Assembly (NCBI GenBank): GCA_963700595.1 | Contig: CAVOYE010000011.1 | Coordinates: 218,336 to 282,335 of the forward strand | Direction: 5' to 3' | From: an uncultured Chloroflexia bacterium | GTDB lineage: Bacteria; Chloroflexota; Anaerolineae; B4-G1; SLSP01 | Length of the DNA stretch: 64,000 nucleotides | Part shown: positions 60,801 to 64,000 of the stretch, piece after piece | How positions within the stretch are numbered: the stretch's first letter is position 1 | How the letters are laid out: the number at the start of each line of letters is the position of its first letter | Notes under the pieces: model-generated | Database searches by the model: none | Seen by the model: only the letters and a program-made list of their open reading frames with translations | What the model was told of the DNA's origin: nothing | Position numbers and translations under genes: made by a program

Positions 60801-62514
60801 GCAGCGCTTCCCACCGATGATAATGGCTCTGGTGATTGATACCTCCGGAAGTATGGCGAGTGATGAAAATGGTATACCGAAAATTACTTTAGCTGCAGAA
60901 GCTGCCCTCCGCGTAGCTGAATCGCTTAATGTAGGCGACACGCTTGTTGTGATCGGGTACAGCGATGGTTTGGATGATACTTTTGGACCTATTTCGGTGG
61001 ATTTGCGGCAGAACCTGCAGCAGGAGTTCTACACATTACGCGCCGGCGGTGGTGGGATATTTGTGTATGAAAGCCTTGAATATGCGCTTGAAACTATCGC
61101 AGGTGTTACACAAGACAACGCCGATACAGATAATAACGCAACACAAAGCCATATCATACTGCTTGCTGACGGGAGCGATGCTGAACATCAGGAGGGTGTG
61201 CTCAATCTTGTCAAAGCACCGGCGGAGGATGGATTGAGCATCAGTGTGATATCGATTGGATTAGGCGAGGATGTTCCGTTTTTATCTGCACTCGCTGAGG
61301 CAGGAGATGGGCGTTTTTACCTTGCTGACCACGCCAGCGACCTGCCGTCCATCTTTACTGAGGAAGTAGCACGGTCAAAGCGTTCGTATATTGTGGAGGA
61401 ACCTTTTTACCCGGAGATTGCATCAGCCTGGGAACCCGTTGCCGGTCTGCGGGCATTTCCCCCTTTGTTGGGATATGTGGCTGTTTCACCTAAAAGCTCT
61501 GCAGAGATTGTGTGGTATGCGCATGCGGATGATCCGTTACTGGCAGTGTGGCAATATGGTTTAGGACGGTCCGTCGCGTGGATGTCTGACGCAACCAGTC
61601 GTTGGTCTGCACAATGGGTACCATGGGATAGGTTCTCTCAATTCTGGGGCTCGCTGACGCGCGCGGTGATGACGCCTGATATGGATCGTGATGTTGAGGT
61701 GCGCGTGCAAGTTGAGCGGCAAATTGCGCGCGTTACAGTTGACCTCACGGGAAATGCAGCTGTTGCTGATGAAAATCTTGACTTGCGACTGCGGTTCTCC
61801 GGAGTAAGCATGGTGGAAGAGGACTTAACCACGGATCTTGAACAAGTCGCGCCAGGTAGATATGAAGGCACTGTGAGCGGGGTTGGTCCCCATTCTTATC
61901 TTGTCCGGTTGTACGGAGACCGGAATCTGGTTTTCGGTTGGTCGCCACCTCCTTCCCGGGAGTATCTGCCCGGTGATGCGGCAGCGGCGATAAGTAGCCT
62001 TGCTGACCAGAGCGGTGCGCTTCTCATCACTAAAGCAATGGAGACAGTTGAGCACAACATCACGCGCCTGAACCATGGGCAACCTTTGACGCTCCCACTC
62101 CTGGCGCTCTCCGCATTCTTGTGGGTCAGTGATGTCGCCTGGCGGCGACTCTCGCTAACCTGGCAGGCGATTATCGTGTTCTTTTTACGGTTCAAACGGA
62201 CGCGGATCAAGGCATCCAGAAAGCTTGAAACCGCTACGCCATTAACAGGAAATCCTTCGACTGTATCCAGGTTAAGCGCGGTTATGCAATCCAGGCAGCA
62301 GAACGAGCGAATCGACGACCAGATTTCCCATCCATCGCCCGGGGATGTTTTATCTAATCCTGAAAGGGCGGGTAACCGGGATCCTGAAGACAAAACACGA
62401 AAAGAATCTGAGGATGACCTGGACGACGGCGATTCCAGCCTTGAAAGAAGGAACCTTGCCGCACGGTTAAGGAGTCGCTTGCGCAGAAATGACCATGAGA
62501 AACCTGAGAATTAA
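57826..62514 (+). CDS. BatA N-terminal + multiple VWA + glutamine amidotransferase-like (DUF1355) fusion
   Basis: MTFLNP..PIIALYL (BatA); MIDAS DVSASM, DHSAST, DTSGSM; GGGLIAVGGPESYGVGG, WQYGLGRSVAW. Confidence 0.8.
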   Translation: MTFLNPQGFFGLLLALPIIALYLMRLHYVDTVIPSLALWQSLLQDRHANHLWQKLRKHWLLFLQLLVLLLVVVSLAQPAFPAPLPTPERVFVFLDVSASMKAQTEGDGTRFSEAVSEIQHTLSGLGSKENLTLISVGLTPEVVVNNVDLNQFAKALKALAPQQGTADWNSAPRLAAGLAGAERASSTTTLVVSDFATSDMQAFEEAPFPGELSVINVGDLSANAGIVNFAIQRTDTGTTAFLRIQNAGSQTTRTVDILADGVLFSRQTMTLLQDASVTVSYEGIPAEAWVEAVLVEPDVFTLDDHAWAVLDDNSNQATLLVSAGNRFLAQALASLPGIDFYQTSSLMNADILDEGQYASLVVDSVPVPALLPANLWMIAPEGESVCGTPENIFVQPAHVNGQWQHPILDYVDWSDVHVSQARFYHIPANSEILMQFQVVPLLWTVERDGYKAVCTGFKLQDSDLPLRLAFPVLTSNIMRWLTSSTAEGPYMALTPGQVWVPALTVNTTTGVITGPDNDQRPVPLDGSGIVLDAVGLYRYTATTPAGPERTFVAVSLLDSRESDLRSRHILKPAAQTAAPPLTMGKREINRWTIALAVVLCLLEAVLWWYRGYGSSKVWLSSILKGSGIPFAVILRCVMVILLIGAFLGVRFQRRTRDLNLVFVVDHSASTQSAWDEQDEFIKQALAAKKPKDQVAVILYGQDAWVDRSFSSGNTLAPHNTIPERSATDSEQAIRLAMALLPQDAPGRIVLMSDGLETTGQASEALRDALARGIDVQLVQPEAGIPASEVWVEELQVPTMVYPGDQVPINLRMATNTPQTVRVNWTVGTEVGYAFVDLGANNKSFQFSIAIESAGFVPVRVCVEPVADQYIENNCAETWIVAQGPRQVLVVGDQSERAALSAALQSAGLQLNEVEPGAMPQTLESLSEYGAVILVNTPVRDLPVQGIGNIVPYVRDVGGGLIAVGGPESYGVGGWLGTALEQVLPVEMRVLDPQRFPPMIMALVIDTSGSMASDENGIPKITLAAEAALRVAESLNVGDTLVVIGYSDGLDDTFGPISVDLRQNLQQEFYTLRAGGGGIFVYESLEYALETIAGVTQDNADTDNNATQSHIILLADGSDAEHQEGVLNLVKAPAEDGLSISVISIGLGEDVPFLSALAEAGDGRFYLADHASDLPSIFTEEVARSKRSYIVEEPFYPEIASAWEPVAGLRAFPPLLGYVAVSPKSSAEIVWYAHADDPLLAVWQYGLGRSVAWMSDATSRWSAQWVPWDRFSQFWGSLTRAVMTPDMDRDVEVRVQVERQIARVTVDLTGNAAVADENLDLRLRFSGVSMVEEDLTTDLEQVAPGRYEGTVSGVGPHSYLVRLYGDRNLVFGWSPPPSREYLPGDAAAAISSLADQSGALLITKAMETVEHNITRLNHGQPLTLPLLALSAFLWVSDVAWRRLSLTWQAIIVFFLRFKRTRIKASRKLETATPLTGNPSTVSRLSAVMQSRQQNERIDDQISHPSPGDVLSNPERAGNRDPEDKTRKESEDDLDDGDSSLERRNLAARLRSRLRRNDHEKPEN

Positions 62515-62521
62515 GTAGCAA

Positions 62522-62563
62522 AAAAATCAAGTGGGATGCTGCATGCAACATCCCACTTGATTT
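62522..62563. terminator. Bidirectional terminator
   Basis: AAATCAAGTGGGATG...CATCCCACTTGATTT. Confidence 0.75.
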
Positions 62564-62579
62564 GTGTTGGTCTTTGTCG

Positions 62580-63440
62580 TTACTGAATTTCAAAAGCCTT
62601 GGATTGAGTTCTCAGGTTGAGGATTTCACCCATATAGCTGTGCACGTTGGTAAACGATTCCGCCGCAAGCTCGGGATCTTGGGCGACCAGAGCTTCCCAG
62701 ATGGCTGCCAGGATCATCAGTGTCGATGTAAAACTGGCGATACTCACCGGGCTCATCGTCGGCACGACGATGACTAAATCAGCTTCACGTGCCGGCAACA
62801 GCGTGCCTGAATTTGCGATGCATACCGTCTTTAACCCTTTCTCCTTCGCTTGCTGCACTGCGTATCCGGTATCAAGTCCCGGAATACCGATGGCGATAGC
62901 TAAAAGTACGTCTTCAGGCTGCATATGTTCTACTGCTGCCGCGGTCTCAGCGATGCTGGGATGAAAGTAGGATGCCGGAATCCCGACCGTTGGATCCAAA
63001 CTTTTCGCAAAATAAGCAGCTAAATCGTAGGAGGTATATTCACCGGTCACCCAGATATGCGATGCATCTTTAAGGATGTCAACAGCTTTCGCCAGAATGG
63101 GTGTTTCAGTCGTTCTGAATTGTTCCAGTTGTTGATTCGTGTTCTCGAAAATCGCGTTCAGAATTTCAGCACCCGATTGATTATCTTTGGTTTGCCTGTA
63201 TGTGGATGTAACCTGGTCCCTGACATAGCGTTTTATCTCACGTGAAAGTTCTCTGTATCCTGAATAACCGATATCCTGTGAGAATCTTACAACGGTCGCT
63301 GGATCGACTTTCACGCTTCTGGCGAGTTCGCTGGCAGTCAGAAATGCTGCATCCAGGGTGTTATTAATCAAAAAATCAGCAAGGCGTCTGAAACCTGGTG
63401 TCAGCTCATCGTAACATTCACGTATTTTATCTTGAAACAT
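62580..63440 (-). CDS. MurR/RpiR family transcriptional regulator
   Basis: LTPGFRRLADF, ATVVRFSQDIGYSGY HTH plus SIS domain. Confidence 0.9.
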   Translation of the reverse strand: MFQDKIRECYDELTPGFRRLADFLINNTLDAAFLTASELARSVKVDPATVVRFSQDIGYSGYRELSREIKRYVRDQVTSTYRQTKDNQSGAEILNAIFENTNQQLEQFRTTETPILAKAVDILKDASHIWVTGEYTSYDLAAYFAKSLDPTVGIPASYFHPSIAETAAAVEHMQPEDVLLAIAIGIPGLDTGYAVQQAKEKGLKTVCIANSGTLLPAREADLVIVVPTMSPVSIASFTSTLMILAAIWEALVAQDPELAAESFTNVHSYMGEILNLRTQSKAFEIQ

Positions 63441-63523
63441 TGTTTCCTCCCATCGATATAGCAATCCCGATTATAGTTTTGATGTAACCACTGTGACTAA
63501 AACCACAATATTGTCAGGCAATT

Positions 63524-64000
63524 TTATACGTAAGTGCTCCAGAGATCCTGCAGGGAAGCGACCTCATATTCGGGTGTGTTTGCCCGTTTGAGCAGCAACG
63601 CCTCCATGGTTGAGTGTAAATTCTTCATTAAACCACCGGACTCGATTTCTTCATTAATCACAGCTTCCCAGATCAGGCTCAAGACCTGCATAAGGGTACC
63701 AAATGCGAGCACACCGGCAGGACTTTTGCAGGGTACGATGACGGTAAGCTCAGATTCACGCGCTGGCAATATCACACCCGATCCTGTGACTGTCACTGTA
63801 TGGAGACCTTTTTCCCGGGCAATCTGTACCGCATACCCCGCATCAACGCTGGGTTCATTACCCGCTATGGTGAGGAGAACATCACTTTCCTCCATTCTGG
63901 CGGCAACAGTTGCGATTTCAGCCATACTGGGCTGGAAAGCGGATGCTTTTTTACCACTCATCGCAAACTTCTTGGCGACAAATGCCGCTGCATCATAACC
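63524..64000 (-). CDS. Second RpiR-like SIS-domain protein (partial)
   Basis: Paralogous SIS segment: PSMAEIA...DAGYAVQIAREKGL...LPARESEL. Confidence 0.75.
   Translation of the reverse strand, partial: GYDAAAFVAKKFAMSGKKASAFQPSMAEIATVAARMEESDVLLTIAGNEPSVDAGYAVQIAREKGLHTVTVTGSGVILPARESELTVIVPCKSPAGVLAFGTLMQVLSLIWEAVINEEIESGGLMKNLHSTMEALLLKRANTPEYEVASLQDLWSTYV

Overview
Bacterial chromosomal window. Gene content and protein style suggest Chloroflexota/Anaerolineae (inference). About 15 otherwise ordinary genes carry single-base frameshifts, which points to an unpolished long-read assembly rather than true pseudogenes. In order: (1) housekeeping/envelope genes (yibE/F-like, thiS/moaD-like, GT-C transferase, a cohesin-dockerin + cohesin-LysM pair, dksA/traR-lspA-rluA-nitrilase, clpB, fprA); (2) a GC-rich PocR/GAF kinase + NarL regulator pair divergent from a ~14.5 kb general-stress cluster (CsbD, GlsB, YggT, YtxH, lmo0937-like, S2P-CBS, HPF, rhomboid, RNB, SPFH, B12 radical SAM), in which three promoters share a conserved motif; (3) a stack of MITE-like elements; (4) the most notable locus, 32.9-40.2 kb: three paralogous phage-tail-collar (MdpB-like) genes, a PRMT-like methyltransferase with a double-E loop, a GNAT, a DUF6916-like protein, a Tat-exported Asp-box protein and a large surface protein whose DUF11 domain appears split around a ~885-aa passenger; (5) GAF kinase, rubrerythrin, a LiaF/LiaI-like cluster, REP-like elements, Trx-VKOR, two enolase-superfamily genes, MFS, NarL regulator, GT-C, a fused BatA/VWA protein and two RpiR regulators. 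No rRNA, tRNA or CRISPR array was seen. All family calls come from motif recognition by eye, not database searches.
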